From Minisyncoccia bacterium (lineage in GTDB: Bacteria; Patescibacteriota; Minisyncoccia; 2-02-FULL-40-12; IGHO2-01-FULL-4-A): a DNA stretch of 49,108 nucleotides. The notes under the pieces are model-generated. The model ran no database searches and was not told where the DNA came from. It saw nothing but the letters and a program-made list of their open reading frames with translations. The position numbers and the translations under genes were made by a program. Below are positions 9,335-18,894 of this stretch, in pieces. The stretch is taken from positions 1-49,108 of the forward strand of contig JBGQJN010000003.1 of the NCBI GenBank assembly GCA_041499075.1, written 5' to 3'. Numbering within the stretch: position 1 is the stretch's first letter; each line of letters begins with the position of its first letter.

Positions 9335-10543
9335 TTAGGAAGCTCCCACCAGACTGTATATCGGCAGTAATACCGCCGCTACCAGCACGCCCACGCCCAA
9401 ACCAAGAAGCAAAATCAAGACCGGCTCTATAAGCGTGGAGAGGTTTTGGATCTCATTTTCCGACTCTGCCTTATAGAATTTAAATATATTTTCGAGCATA
9501 AAGTCGGTCCGGCCTGTTTTCTCACCGATAGCCAGCATCGAGGTGACCAGCGGCGGAAATTCTTTATATCTTTCAAAAACTTCCGAAACGGTACCGCCGC
9601 CCTGAATATTATCCCTGGCCTCAAGGATTATGTCCTTATAAATGACATTACCGACCACGTCCGAAGTAATTGTAAGCCCCTCCAATATCGGCACGCCGGA
9701 TTTGATTAGCGTAGAAAGTGTTTCGGCAATCCTTGCCAGATAAAAGTTCCTGACCACTTTGCCGAATTGCGGAACTTGTATCTTAAAATTATCAAAATTC
9801 GATCTGCCATTGGGAGTTTTAACGTAGTAAAAAAGCCCGATACCGGCACCGATAACAACCAAAAGGATAAAAAGAATGTACTGGTTGACGAAGTTAGTTA
9901 CGGCAATCAGGATTTTGGTGACAAATGGCAGGTCCTGAACCCCGGCATCTTTAATGATCGAAAGTAACTGTGGCAGAACAGTAGTCACCATAATGATCGT
10001 GACGACGATCAAGGCAAAGAGGACGAAAGCCGGATAGGCTAAAGCGCCTCTGATTTTGGAATCCAAATTCGAACTCCTCTCAAGATAGTCAGCCAGATAA
10101 GTCAGGGTAGCCTGTAGTTTGCCGGCCACTTCGCCGGCGCGCACCAGACTGACATAGAATTTGCCGAAAACCTTACTGTGCTCACTTAATGCGACGGATA
10201 GAGAAGCGCCACCCTCTATAGAAGCTGCGACGGCAGTGATGATACGGCGGAATGATTCTTTTTCTATTTGACGAATCATTGTGTGTAAACCCTCTATCAA
10301 GGGTACATCGGCATCAACAAGCGTCGCCATTTGACGGGTAAAAATTACCACATCTTTTTTAGATGGCCGGCTTAATGCCAGATTTAGATCTTCAACAAAA
10401 ACACCCCGACGAATCTCTTCCAGACTTAAAACCACCAGATTCTTCTGATGTAAAACACTGACCGCCTGATCTTCGGAAGGAGCGTCTATCTTGCCCTCAA
10501 CCAGCTCCCCCATTTGTGTTTTAGCCTGGTATAAAAACTCCAT
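9335..10543 (-). CDS. pilC: Type IV pilus platform protein PilC/GspF
   Basis: FTRQMATLV, GEVAGKL, ALAYP, GEKTG, LIEP; two T2SSF repeats. Confidence 0.93.
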   Translation of the reverse strand: MEFLYQAKTQMGELVEGKIDAPSEDQAVSVLHQKNLVVLSLEEIRRGVFVEDLNLALSRPSKKDVVIFTRQMATLVDADVPLIEGLHTMIRQIEKESFRRIITAVAASIEGGASLSVALSEHSKVFGKFYVSLVRAGEVAGKLQATLTYLADYLERSSNLDSKIRGALAYPAFVLFALIVVTIIMVTTVLPQLLSIIKDAGVQDLPFVTKILIAVTNFVNQYILFILLVVIGAGIGLFYYVKTPNGRSNFDNFKIQVPQFGKVVRNFYLARIAETLSTLIKSGVPILEGLTITSDVVGNVIYKDIILEARDNIQGGGTVSEVFERYKEFPPLVTSMLAIGEKTGRTDFMLENIFKFYKAESENEIQNLSTLIEPVLILLLGLGVGVLVAAVLLPIYSLVGAS

Positions 10544-10550
10544 TAATCAA

Positions 10551-11780
10551 TTATTTGATCAAAGTTCTAAATTCTGCCGGATTTAAAGAATAAAATTCAG
10601 CTTGTTCAACCGAAATTTCACCTCGGCGTACCAGGTCGGCAAGTGATCTATTGAGAGAAATCATGCCAAAATCCGAACCGGTGTCAATCGCCAGGTTCAA
10701 TTGTTGGACCCTGTTTTCTCTTATCAAATTCCTGACGGCGGTATTGGCAATCATGACTTCCGTGGCCGGTATCAGCCCGCCCTTGATACGCGGAATGAGT
10801 CTCTGTGAAATCACGCCGGAAATCGTGCCGGCAAGCTGAGATATGATCTGCCTTTGTTGTTCCGGCGGAAAAACATCAATAATACGCTCGATCGATTGGG
10901 CAGCATTATTGGTGTGTAATGAAGCAAAAACCAGATGGCCGGTCTCGGCGGCAGTTACGGCGGTGCTTATTGTCTCGTAATCGCGTATCTCCCCGACCAT
11001 AATTACATTGACGTTTTCACGGAAAGTGGAGCGCAGGGCGCGTTCAAAAGAAATAGTGTCAGAATAAACTTCACGCTGGTCAATAATGCTTTTATCCGGC
11101 GCAAATATGTACTCAATCGGGTCCTCAATGGTTACTATTTTTTCAGCGCGTTCATGATTGATGAGGTCAACTAAGGCAGCCATGGTCGTTGATTTGCCAT
11201 GCCCATTGGGACCGACTATCAAAACAAAACCCTGTGATAATTTACTGAATATTTTGATTATTGGCGGCAGGTTAAGATCCTCCACCGTCCTGATCTCCTC
11301 CGGTATTAACCGAAAAGCTGCGGCAAAACTGCCTCTGGTCTGATAAACATTGACTCTGAAGCGCAGTTTATTGTTAAGTTCATAGGCAAAATCCAGCTCT
11401 TTTTCCATAAGAAACCTTTCTTTCGGTCCGTCATTTAGAAGCGACAAGACCAGGCCATTGAGATACTGGCTGTTCAAAACTTTATACTCGGTCAGCGGAA
11501 TCAGGCGACTGTCAATACGTATAACCGGATAATAACCCGGCGATAAATGCAGGTCTGAACCGCCTTTTTGAGCGGTAACCAGTAATAGCTCATCAATTTG
11601 TTTTTTGGGGTTTTCCGAGCCGAATTGATGGCTTAGGGTTTTTTTCGGCGTCTGAACGGCCGCTTCCGGTGCAACCGGAAGCGGAGCCGGCGTATTCGGG
11701 ATCGGCGGCGGCGGACTATTTTGCGCGGCCACAAGATTCTTCTTGATAAGATCGTTGATTTTAGATTGAGAATCAGACAT
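10551..11780 (-). CDS. pilT: Pilus retraction ATPase PilT/PilU
   Basis: SDLHL, GPNGHGKST, TIEDPIEY, VGEIRD, TGHLV..SLHTN, AVRNLIRE. Confidence 0.92.
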   Translation of the reverse strand: MSDSQSKINDLIKKNLVAAQNSPPPPIPNTPAPLPVAPEAAVQTPKKTLSHQFGSENPKKQIDELLLVTAQKGGSDLHLSPGYYPVIRIDSRLIPLTEYKVLNSQYLNGLVLSLLNDGPKERFLMEKELDFAYELNNKLRFRVNVYQTRGSFAAAFRLIPEEIRTVEDLNLPPIIKIFSKLSQGFVLIVGPNGHGKSTTMAALVDLINHERAEKIVTIEDPIEYIFAPDKSIIDQREVYSDTISFERALRSTFRENVNVIMVGEIRDYETISTAVTAAETGHLVFASLHTNNAAQSIERIIDVFPPEQQRQIISQLAGTISGVISQRLIPRIKGGLIPATEVMIANTAVRNLIRENRVQQLNLAIDTGSDFGMISLNRSLADLVRRGEISVEQAEFYSLNPAEFRTLIK

Positions 11781-11792
11781 TAGAGTTTAGAA

Positions 11793-13553
11793 TTAATTTT
11801 CCTGCGTTTCTTCGGCTTCCTGGGCTACCTGTAGAAGCTCTTCAATTGAAGTAATCGCGTGCAACACCTTTATCATACCATCTTGAAACATAGTCAGCAT
11901 CCCCTGCCGCCTGGCTTCTTCACGCAATTTTTCTTCAGAAATACCGGTTAAAATAATTTTTTCCAGTTCATCGGTCATGGCCAGTGTCTCAACTATGGCT
12001 ATGCGGCCCTTGTAAGATTTACCGTTGCATTCCTTACAGCCGGGCCCGGCTTTGTAAATTTCAAAATTGTTTTTGGGTAAATCGCCCTTGGTTTCGACCG
12101 GCACTCTATCAAGCGCCTGCTTGATCATATGCTCTTCAGCAACATTGGCTTTGCTTTTCACCTTACAAATAGGACAAAGTTTGCGCAAGAGCCGCTGGGC
12201 GATAACCAGATTAAGTGTCGGCGCCAAAAGATATTTTTCAATGCCCATATCGATCAGACGCGGAATGGCACCGACCGTGTCGTTGGTATGCAGCGTTGAA
12301 AGCACGACGTGACCGGTCAAAGCGGCTTGTGTCGCCAGACCGGCGGTTTCACCGTCTCTGATCTCTCCGACCATTATTACATCCGGGTCTTGCCGCAAAA
12401 TATGTCTCAAACCACTGGCAAAAGTATAACCGATTTCTTCGTGAATTTGGGATTGATTGACGCCATCAACGTAGTATTCAATCGGATCTTCAAGGGTGAC
12501 GATATTAACCTCGTCGTCATTTATGCGCCTTAATATCGCGGCCAGAGTGGTTGACTTGCCGGAACCAGTCGGACCGGTGACTAAAACCTCACCGAACGGC
12601 TTAACAATATTTTCAAGAACTAATTGCAGTGAGCGACCTTCAAGACCCAGCTCTTCAAGCTTAATATCGCCAACCAGCGGATCAAGGATTCTCAAGACTA
12701 CTTTTTCTCCATTTTTTGTCGGAAAAGTAGAAACACGGAAGTCTATCTGCCTTTCGGCAAGTTTGGTGGAGAACCTGCCGTCTTGGGCCAAACGAGTTTC
12801 ATCTATTTTCAGATCGGAAAGAATTTTAATTCTGGTAACCAAAGCCGAAAGCAGATTCGCCGGTAAAGACAGAACGGTTTGCAGTAAGCCGTCTATGCGA
12901 AAACGTATGCGAATCCGGTCTGGGAAGGGCTCCATGTGGATATCGGAGGCCCGCGTTTCAACGGCATGCTTAACGACAATTGCCACGATCCGCGTCACCG
13001 GCGCTTCAGCCGTGATTTCTTCAAGTCCGCCGACTTTGTCGCTTATTTCAAGATTTTTCTGGTAGAGTTCATCGCCAAGCGATTCTAGGGCCTTGCCGAC
13101 TTCAGTGCTTAAGGTACGAATACTGCGGCTAATATGGTCAAAATCTTTATAGCTGATGATGTATTTCTCCAGATTGAGCCCCTTGTCCGAGGCAATGAAC
13201 TTGAGCGCTTCAAGCGCATCAATATTTTCGGGGTTGATCAGCCCAACCTTCAAAATTCCGTCGCCTCTGGCAAACGGTATTATCCTGTAAAAATTGATAA
13301 TGTTGTCGGGTATATCTTTGGTTAACTCCCTGTCCAACTCAACACCACCCAAATCAACCACCGGCAACTGGTAGATTTCGGACTTGAGTTTGAGCAGATT
13401 AGCATCGCTGATGATACCGCGCGAAACTAAAACTTCGCCAAAATCTTTCTGGCCGGCCGATGCTTCCTGTTCAGTAGTGCTGACAATATCAGGGGTCAGA
13501 ACCCCTTGTTTCATCAGCTCATCTACCAATAATTGTGGAGTTTGATATGCCAA
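11793..13553 (-). CDS. pilB: Pilus assembly ATPase PilB/GspE
   Basis: ASDIHMEP, QDGRF, GPTGSGKSTT, LRQDPDVIMVGEIRD, CPIC...CKEC Zn motif. Confidence 0.93.
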   Translation of the reverse strand: MAYQTPQLLVDELMKQGVLTPDIVSTTEQEASAGQKDFGEVLVSRGIISDANLLKLKSEIYQLPVVDLGGVELDRELTKDIPDNIINFYRIIPFARGDGILKVGLINPENIDALEALKFIASDKGLNLEKYIISYKDFDHISRSIRTLSTEVGKALESLGDELYQKNLEISDKVGGLEEITAEAPVTRIVAIVVKHAVETRASDIHMEPFPDRIRIRFRIDGLLQTVLSLPANLLSALVTRIKILSDLKIDETRLAQDGRFSTKLAERQIDFRVSTFPTKNGEKVVLRILDPLVGDIKLEELGLEGRSLQLVLENIVKPFGEVLVTGPTGSGKSTTLAAILRRINDDEVNIVTLEDPIEYYVDGVNQSQIHEEIGYTFASGLRHILRQDPDVIMVGEIRDGETAGLATQAALTGHVVLSTLHTNDTVGAIPRLIDMGIEKYLLAPTLNLVIAQRLLRKLCPICKVKSKANVAEEHMIKQALDRVPVETKGDLPKNNFEIYKAGPGCKECNGKSYKGRIAIVETLAMTDELEKIILTGISEEKLREEARRQGMLTMFQDGMIKVLHAITSIEELLQVAQEAEETQEN

Positions 13554-13555
13554 AA

Positions 13556-13636
13556 GTAATTAAGTAATCAAGCAATTAGGCAATTTAACTGAAACTACGG
13601 TTTATTTACTCAATTACTAAATTACCTGCTTGCTCA
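13556..13636. repeat. Second inverted 8-mer array with CTACGG spacer, upstream of pilB
   Basis: agtaatta agtaatca agcaatta ggcaattt ... aaactacggttt ... atttactc aattacta aattacct. Confidence 0.75.
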
Positions 13637-13643
13637 ATCGCTC

Positions 13644-13940
13644 CTAAAATGGTGCGAAAGGATCTGCGCGGCCAGTTGAGCCAGGCTGTACCGGAGATTC
13701 TCCGAAAATAGTCAGCGATTTGAATTTGAGCTGATCAAAAGGACTAAAATCCAGCTTTAAATCTTTAAATTTAGACAAATTATCGGAAGTTTGTATATTG
13801 CTCGGTGGCACTTCCACGATCCCGCTTTTAAGAACACTGGAATAATAGAAATAACCGGCGATCAAACCCAAAACGGCAATCGCTATCAATATTACCGGAC
13901 TAGTCTCGTCTCTATTTGATGTTCTTGAAACCATAGCCAT
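13644..13940 (-). CDS. Small membrane-anchored pilus accessory protein (PilP-like position)
   Basis: Single TM helix; C-terminal GRADPFAPF; lies between pilO and pilB. Confidence 0.7.
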   Translation of the reverse strand: MAMVSRTSNRDETSPVILIAIAVLGLIAGYFYYSSVLKSGIVEVPPSNIQTSDNLSKFKDLKLDFSPFDQLKFKSLTIFGESPVQPGSTGRADPFAPF

Positions 13941-13953
13941 TATAAATTTTTAT

Positions 13954-14484
13954 TTATTTAAGAAAATAAGCATTCATTTTAAGTGAGAGAAGCAATAACC
14001 CGCCGGTTCCGTTGGTTACTGTCTGAGCGGCCGTCATTTCATAGATATCATATAAGCGCAGACTTTGTTCAAGATAAGAAAGAAATGCCGTGAAAGCGAC
14101 GTATTTTCCACTGAGACTGAGGTCAATATTGAGAACCTTATAGCCGGTCTCCGTACTGCTGTCAGGCCCTTGGGAAGTAGTCAGATCGGTCAATTGCAGG
14201 CCGGACTGGTTAGTGATCTGCTGAATACTTGAGAGCACCTGGTCGATTTGCTTATTGTTGGGCAGGAAAGTTTTTATTTTGGCTATGTCGCCCTGTCTTG
14301 AATCAGCTTGTTGGCTGAGCTTTCTGAAATTATTCATGTCGGCTGTCCTTTCTGATAATAGCGCCTGCCTGTCCTTGAGAGCGCTTCCGGCATTTTGAAG
14401 CTCGTCATATTGCGGCAAAACCAAAGCAAAAAACAGAAAGAATGCTAGGGCGAAGATAATTGCTGACATTAGAGATTTACTCAT
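13954..14484 (-). CDS. pilO: PilO-like alignment protein
   Basis: TM, coiled coil, LP..KQ, SGKY..F..FL..LE.SLRL; order M-N-O. Confidence 0.8.
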   Translation of the reverse strand: MSKSLMSAIIFALAFFLFFALVLPQYDELQNAGSALKDRQALLSERTADMNNFRKLSQQADSRQGDIAKIKTFLPNNKQIDQVLSSIQQITNQSGLQLTDLTTSQGPDSSTETGYKVLNIDLSLSGKYVAFTAFLSYLEQSLRLYDIYEMTAAQTVTNGTGGLLLLSLKMNAYFLK

Positions 14485-14495
14485 AATGGTAGCGG

Positions 14496-15056
14496 CTATT
14501 TGCCGGGAACTAAAAATCTGCTGTTATCTATCGTTAATTGCATGGTAAATTCAACCAAACCTGTCGGCTGGCTGCTTACTTTGTTAAGAATTATGTCGGT
14601 AACGGAATCAAGGGCATAGAAAGCAGCAATTTGTTTGGCAACAGTCGTATAGTTAGCGGCCAAACCTTTTATTGAAACTTTCCGGCCGAGAGAATCAGCA
14701 TTAAATGTCACAATTTGAACTTGCGGCAGTATCAGATTTTGCAGTTTGGCCATGGCGGCAGACCAGATTAAATGGCCGTTAATGAGCGGATTTATCACCG
14801 CCAGCTGCTGACTGAGGTCAATCAACTGTGATTCTTTGGCTTTGTCCCGTGATTTTTCCAAATCCTGCAGTTGGCTGTCAACGCCGGCAATTGATGTCAA
14901 AACTCCCTGCTTATAAGCCATCAATCCGAAATAGAGCGCTACAATCAGCAGTAAAAATACAAAGGCAAAAACCAGAGATCTATTTTGTCCCGGCACACTG
15001 ATTTCTATTTTCTTACGGGTTTCCGGAAGAAGTTGTAACCCTCCTGCGTCTGCCAT
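14496..15056 (-). CDS. pilN: PilN-like alignment protein
   Basis: LQLLPE N-terminal motif, TM, coiled coil, WS...L; downstream of pilM. Confidence 0.75.
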   Translation of the reverse strand: MADAGGLQLLPETRKKIEISVPGQNRSLVFAFVFLLLIVALYFGLMAYKQGVLTSIAGVDSQLQDLEKSRDKAKESQLIDLSQQLAVINPLINGHLIWSAAMAKLQNLILPQVQIVTFNADSLGRKVSIKGLAANYTTVAKQIAAFYALDSVTDIILNKVSSQPTGLVEFTMQLTIDNSRFLVPGK

Positions 15057-15105
15057 TTGAATCAGCCTAGCATAAGAACTGCAACATAAACTTGCCCATA
15101 TTAAT

Positions 15106-15138
15106 ATTATAGACTAATGCCGAAAAATGTTATGCACA
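15106..15138 (-). promoter_or_regulatory. Internal pilN promoter with DnaA-box-like motif
   Basis: attata at 15106-15111; ttatgcaca at 15130-15138 (18 bp upstream). Confidence 0.5.
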
Positions 15139-15145
15139 CTGTCTC

Positions 15146-16243
15146 TCAAATCTCGCGCATTGCTAAACCTATAGAAACAGCAAAAGTTGAGCTAAGCTCG
15201 CCTTGAAGTTTGGAAAGTTCCTTGGGCAGGATCACTCTGGCCAAAGGGTTGCCTAAGGTCAAAGTTATGCCCAGTTTGGCGCCAAAATAATTAGCGAAAT
15301 TGCTCATATTGGCCAGGCCGCCGACGAGTATCACCTTACCGATCTTGACCTTCTTGAGATCTTCGTAGTTGTGTATCGTCTTTTTGGTTTCAGAGGCCAT
15401 CATATCAATCAGCGAACTCATAGCCTGTTGGATAACATTACTTTCTTCCTGCTTAAAACCGAAGCTGCGCTTGAGCTCTTCAGCGCGCCGCAGATTAACA
15501 TTAAGCGAGCGGGCAATTGATTTAGTTATTTCAAAACCGCCGACCTCATAATTGTGGCTTACGCGTTCATAGCCGTTATCAACTATCAAAATGGAGGTGC
15601 TGCGGCCGCCAATGTTGACGATTGCCGCCGGACTGAGGTCATTGCCGATCAAAGAACGTATCAGAGCGGCGTTTTCTAGCTCCAGCGCCCGCAGATTGAG
15701 TCCGGCCGACTGCATTATTGCCTGGTAGCGGCGTGTTTCCTCGCGAGGTACGGCCACCAAGAATACTTCTACTGTCGGCGGCCTGGCGCCTTGAGAATTA
15801 CCCATGGTCGGCTGGGAACTGGTTGATACATTAATTATTGACCAATCCAGAACAACTTCACTTAATGGCAAAGGTACATATTTGCGGGCTTCAAAGGGAA
15901 TGGTTTTAGCGATATCTTTTTCTGAAAGATACGGCATTGTAATAATAGTGGAAAAGGTCGAAAAAGAGGGTATGGAAGCAGTGACGTCTCTGGCGTCTAT
16001 CTTACTTCGCTTCAAAAGTTCTTTGATCCCCCAGGCCAAATCAACGTCTGATAACTGGGCGACCTTTGTCCTGGCGGCTTGACCGGCGACGTTAATCGCT
16101 TCGTCAACCGACTCAAGCTCAAAAAGACCGTAGTTCAAAAACTTGAACCGCCCGCCATCTTTGGCCATTTCTACGACCTTAATAGAAGCTGTGCCAATAT
16201 CTATGCCAATTCTGGATTTAGATCTGAAACTAAAAAATGACAT
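15146..16243 (-). CDS. pilM: Type IV pilus assembly protein PilM
   Basis: IGIDIGTASIKVVE, EARKYVP, NIGGRST, GGFEITK, LVGG.AN, GLAMR actin-like fold motifs. Confidence 0.93.
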   Translation of the reverse strand: MSFFSFRSKSRIGIDIGTASIKVVEMAKDGGRFKFLNYGLFELESVDEAINVAGQAARTKVAQLSDVDLAWGIKELLKRSKIDARDVTASIPSFSTFSTIITMPYLSEKDIAKTIPFEARKYVPLPLSEVVLDWSIINVSTSSQPTMGNSQGARPPTVEVFLVAVPREETRRYQAIMQSAGLNLRALELENAALIRSLIGNDLSPAAIVNIGGRSTSILIVDNGYERVSHNYEVGGFEITKSIARSLNVNLRRAEELKRSFGFKQEESNVIQQAMSSLIDMMASETKKTIHNYEDLKKVKIGKVILVGGLANMSNFANYFGAKLGITLTLGNPLARVILPKELSKLQGELSSTFAVSIGLAMREI

Positions 16244-16277
16244 GTAGTAATTCGCTAAAAGCTACTGCTCTATTGCC

Positions 16278-16310
16278 ATTATAACATTAACTTGTAATAG
16301 TTTGTACACA
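16278..16310 (-). promoter_or_regulatory. pilM promoter (extended -10 TGTTATAAT) with a one-mismatch DnaA-box-like motif
   Basis: attataaca from 16278; ttgtacaca at 16302-16310 (18 bp upstream). Confidence 0.45.
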
Positions 16311-16311
16311 A

Positions 16312-17058
16312 ATGAATGGCTGGTATCGTCAAATTTTAGATCTGGTCTTCCCGAGGCATTGTGTCGGTTGTGATATTTTGATGTCGGATGATTCCGAATC
16401 TCATATATGCCCGCACTGCCTCAAAGAAATTAGCTTCAGCAATCATTTCGCCTGCGCTTTTTGCATGGCACCGGTTGTCGGCGGCAAGACTTGTCCGTTT
16501 TGCATTCGCGAACATTTTCTGGACAGGCTTCTAGTAACGACAAGTTATGAGAATCCACTTGTTAAAAGGATGCTCAAAAATATGAAGTACCGGTTTGTGA
16601 AATCGCTGGCCGGAAGCACCGCCGAGCTAATGCTCAGATATTTGCTCAAAAGGCAGAAGGCTGGTCTTGAGCTGGTGCCGGAAACGACTTTGATCGTGCC
16701 CGTGCCGCTCACTCGCCGAAGACTCAACTGGCGGGGATTCAACCAGTCAGAAATTATCGCCCACGATCTGAGCCAGGGCTTGACCTGGCCTATAGCCAAG
16801 GACATTCTGATTCGCGTACGCAACGTGAAGCCCCAGGCCAGTATGCCTGATCGTGTCTCTCGTATAGAAAATATGAAAAAAGTTTTCTCTCTCAATCCAA
16901 ATCCAAAACACACCAACCACGATCTAATAAAAGAAAAAAGTATTCTGCTGATAGACGACATTTCCACCACCGGCTCCACGCTTGATGATTGCGCCCGCGC
17001 CTTGAAATCAGCCGGCGCCAAAGAAGTAATTGCTTTTGTTTTCGCCAGAAACAACTAA
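16312..17058 (+). CDS. comF: ComF family competence protein (double Zn ribbon plus PRTase)
   Basis: FPRHCVGC, CPHC, CAFC, CPFC, VPVPL...RGFNQS, LLIDDISTTGSTL. Confidence 0.92.
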   Translation: MNGWYRQILDLVFPRHCVGCDILMSDDSESHICPHCLKEISFSNHFACAFCMAPVVGGKTCPFCIREHFLDRLLVTTSYENPLVKRMLKNMKYRFVKSLAGSTAELMLRYLLKRQKAGLELVPETTLIVPVPLTRRRLNWRGFNQSEIIAHDLSQGLTWPIAKDILIRVRNVKPQASMPDRVSRIENMKKVFSLNPNPKHTNHDLIKEKSILLIDDISTTGSTLDDCARALKSAGAKEVIAFVFARNN

Positions 17059-17080
17059 AAAGGCCGCACGGCCTTTTTTT
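17057..17080. terminator. Bidirectional terminator between comF and parB
   Basis: aaaaaggcc-gcac-ggccttttttt. Confidence 0.75.
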
Positions 17081-17966
17081 AGTCAAGAATTGTTTTGACG
17101 ATTTTGTTCAGTTCCTCAAGATCGGCGAATTTGATGACGATGTCGCCGCCGCTGGCGCCGGACCTGATTATGACGGCTGCGCCAAGATTTTTGGAAAGAT
17201 TATTCTGGAGGTCGTCAAAGCGCGGATTTGGTACGGCCGTAGGGGCACTAGCAGTGCCGGCCTTGTGAACGCGCGCCGCTTTCTCAACGTCACGCACAGC
17301 AAACTTGCCGGAGATGATTTGTTTGTAAACTTCCCTTAGTTTGGCTTCCTCTTTGAAAGCCAGCAGGGCGCGGGCGTGAGTACGGCTGATTTTACCCAAA
17401 CGCAGTGACTCTTTGATGTCAGCCGGCAAGCTCAAGAGTCTGACGGCGTTGGCCACTGCCTCTCGGCTTTTACCGACTTTACCGGCAATATCCTGCTGGG
17501 TCAGTTTGAACTCTTTAGCCAGTCTACCGTAGGCTTCGGCCTCATCAATCGGATTGAGGTCTTCGCGCTGAAGATTCTCCACCAAGGCCACCTCAAGCTT
17601 CAGACGTTTTTCGTCAAAATTGTCTTTGACTATCACCGGCACATGCGCTAAGCCGGCCATTTTGGCTGCGCGCCATCGGCGCTCACCGGCTAATATCTCA
17701 TACGCTACATCCATCCCACGGTCGGTTTCTTGTTCTATTTTTGTGACCAATAGCGGCTGAAGTATGCCGTATTTTTTAATAGAAGAGGAAAGTTCTTTCA
17801 AACCACCCTTATCAAACTCGCGCCTGGGCTGATCGGCGTTGGGCCTGATTTTGTTTATCTCAATGTAAAAAACATTGTCCTGCATTTTTGGCACAACTTT
17901 GTTGGCTTTCGCCGGTATCAGTGATTCAAGGCCTCGCCCGAGACCAAAAAACTTTTTCATAATCAA
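17079..17966 (-). CDS. parB: Chromosome partition protein ParB/Spo0J
   Basis: GLGRGLESLI, PNADQPRREF, GILQPLLV, AGERRWRA, ENLQREDLNPI, HTH. Confidence 0.95.
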   Translation of the reverse strand: MIMKKFFGLGRGLESLIPAKANKVVPKMQDNVFYIEINKIRPNADQPRREFDKGGLKELSSSIKKYGILQPLLVTKIEQETDRGMDVAYEILAGERRWRAAKMAGLAHVPVIVKDNFDEKRLKLEVALVENLQREDLNPIDEAEAYGRLAKEFKLTQQDIAGKVGKSREAVANAVRLLSLPADIKESLRLGKISRTHARALLAFKEEAKLREVYKQIISGKFAVRDVEKAARVHKAGTASAPTAVPNPRFDDLQNNLSKNLGAAVIIRSGASGGDIVIKFADLEELNKIVKTILD

Positions 17967-18748
17967 GGATTAAGTTTTAATATTTCTTCAGCCAGTTCCC
18001 TATATGCTTGCGCGCCTTTGGATTTTTCGTCAAATTGCAGAATCGTTTTGCCAAATCCTGGCGCTTCGGCCAGCGAGACCGAGCGTGGGATGATCGTCTC
18101 AAAGACATGGCCGGGAAAATTCTTTTTTACTTCAGTAACTATCTCATTGGCAAGCTTGTTCCTCTTATCATACATTGTAAGCAATACGCCGAGTATTTTC
18201 AATTGCGGGTTGAGTGAACCGCGCACCAAGTCAACGGTTTTAAACAACTGGGTCAGGCCCTCAAGAGCATAATACTCGCACTGGACCGGTATGATCACCT
18301 GCTCGGCGGCAACCAGGCCGTTGATGGTCAGAAGACCAAGAGAGGGCGGGCTGTCAATCAGGATATAGTCATAATTGGTGCGAATCTTGTCCAGTGTTTT
18401 TTTTAATCTGAACTCGCGCTCGCTCATGTCCACGAGTTCCACCGTGGCGCCGGCCAGGCTTGGAGCTGATGGCAAAACATCCAAGCCAAAAAGAGAAGTT
18501 TTCTGTATTATCGCCTCCGGCTCCTCATCGGCGACAAGCGTGTGATAAAGATTGATATGGTCGTCGGCCAAGTGCAGGCCGAGACCCGCCGTGGCATTAG
18601 CCTGCGGGTCCAGGTCAACCAGTAAAACATACTTGCCGAGCGCGGCAAGATAAGCGCCGAGGTTATTAGCCGTTGTCGTCTTGCCCACCCCACCCTTGGC
18701 GTTAATGATTCCGATGATGCGTGCCATTTGATTTAAGTTTATTCCCAA
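17963..18748 (-). CDS. parA: Chromosome partition ATPase ParA/Soj (probable start at MARII)
   Basis: KGGVGKTT, DLDPQANAT, IDSPPSLGLLT, PVQCEYYALEG, LAEAP. Confidence 0.95.
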   Translation of the reverse strand: MGINLNQMARIIGIINAKGGVGKTTTANNLGAYLAALGKYVLLVDLDPQANATAGLGLHLADDHINLYHTLVADEEPEAIIQKTSLFGLDVLPSAPSLAGATVELVDMSEREFRLKKTLDKIRTNYDYILIDSPPSLGLLTINGLVAAEQVIIPVQCEYYALEGLTQLFKTVDLVRGSLNPQLKILGVLLTMYDKRNKLANEIVTEVKKNFPGHVFETIIPRSVSLAEAPGFGKTILQFDEKSKGAQAYRELAEEILKLNP

Positions 18749-18792
18749 TTCAGTTTTTTATCAATGATTTTAAAAATAAAAATACCGAGTTA

Positions 18793-18844
18793 GCCCTGAG
18801 ATTCCGAAGTAGCTTGCCCTGAGAGAGCATAGCGATTCGAAGGG
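18793..18844. repeat. Degenerate REP-like pair (stem-TGAG...CGAA-stem)
   Basis: gccctgaga occurs twice, each followed by cgaag; ccctgagagagcatagcgattcgaaggg. Confidence 0.5.
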
Positions 18845-18894
18845 TTGCCTCGGTGTGTGAATATGTTTACTGGCCTACTAATCAGCTCTCAAAA

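Noticed and set aside
7192-13636. CRISPR array
   Set aside because: Repeats are 7-10 bp tandem units without unique spacers, and there are no cas genes
17079-18890. parS site or oriC near parAB
   Set aside because: No TGTTTCACGTGAAACA-like palindrome or DnaA-box cluster seen by eye
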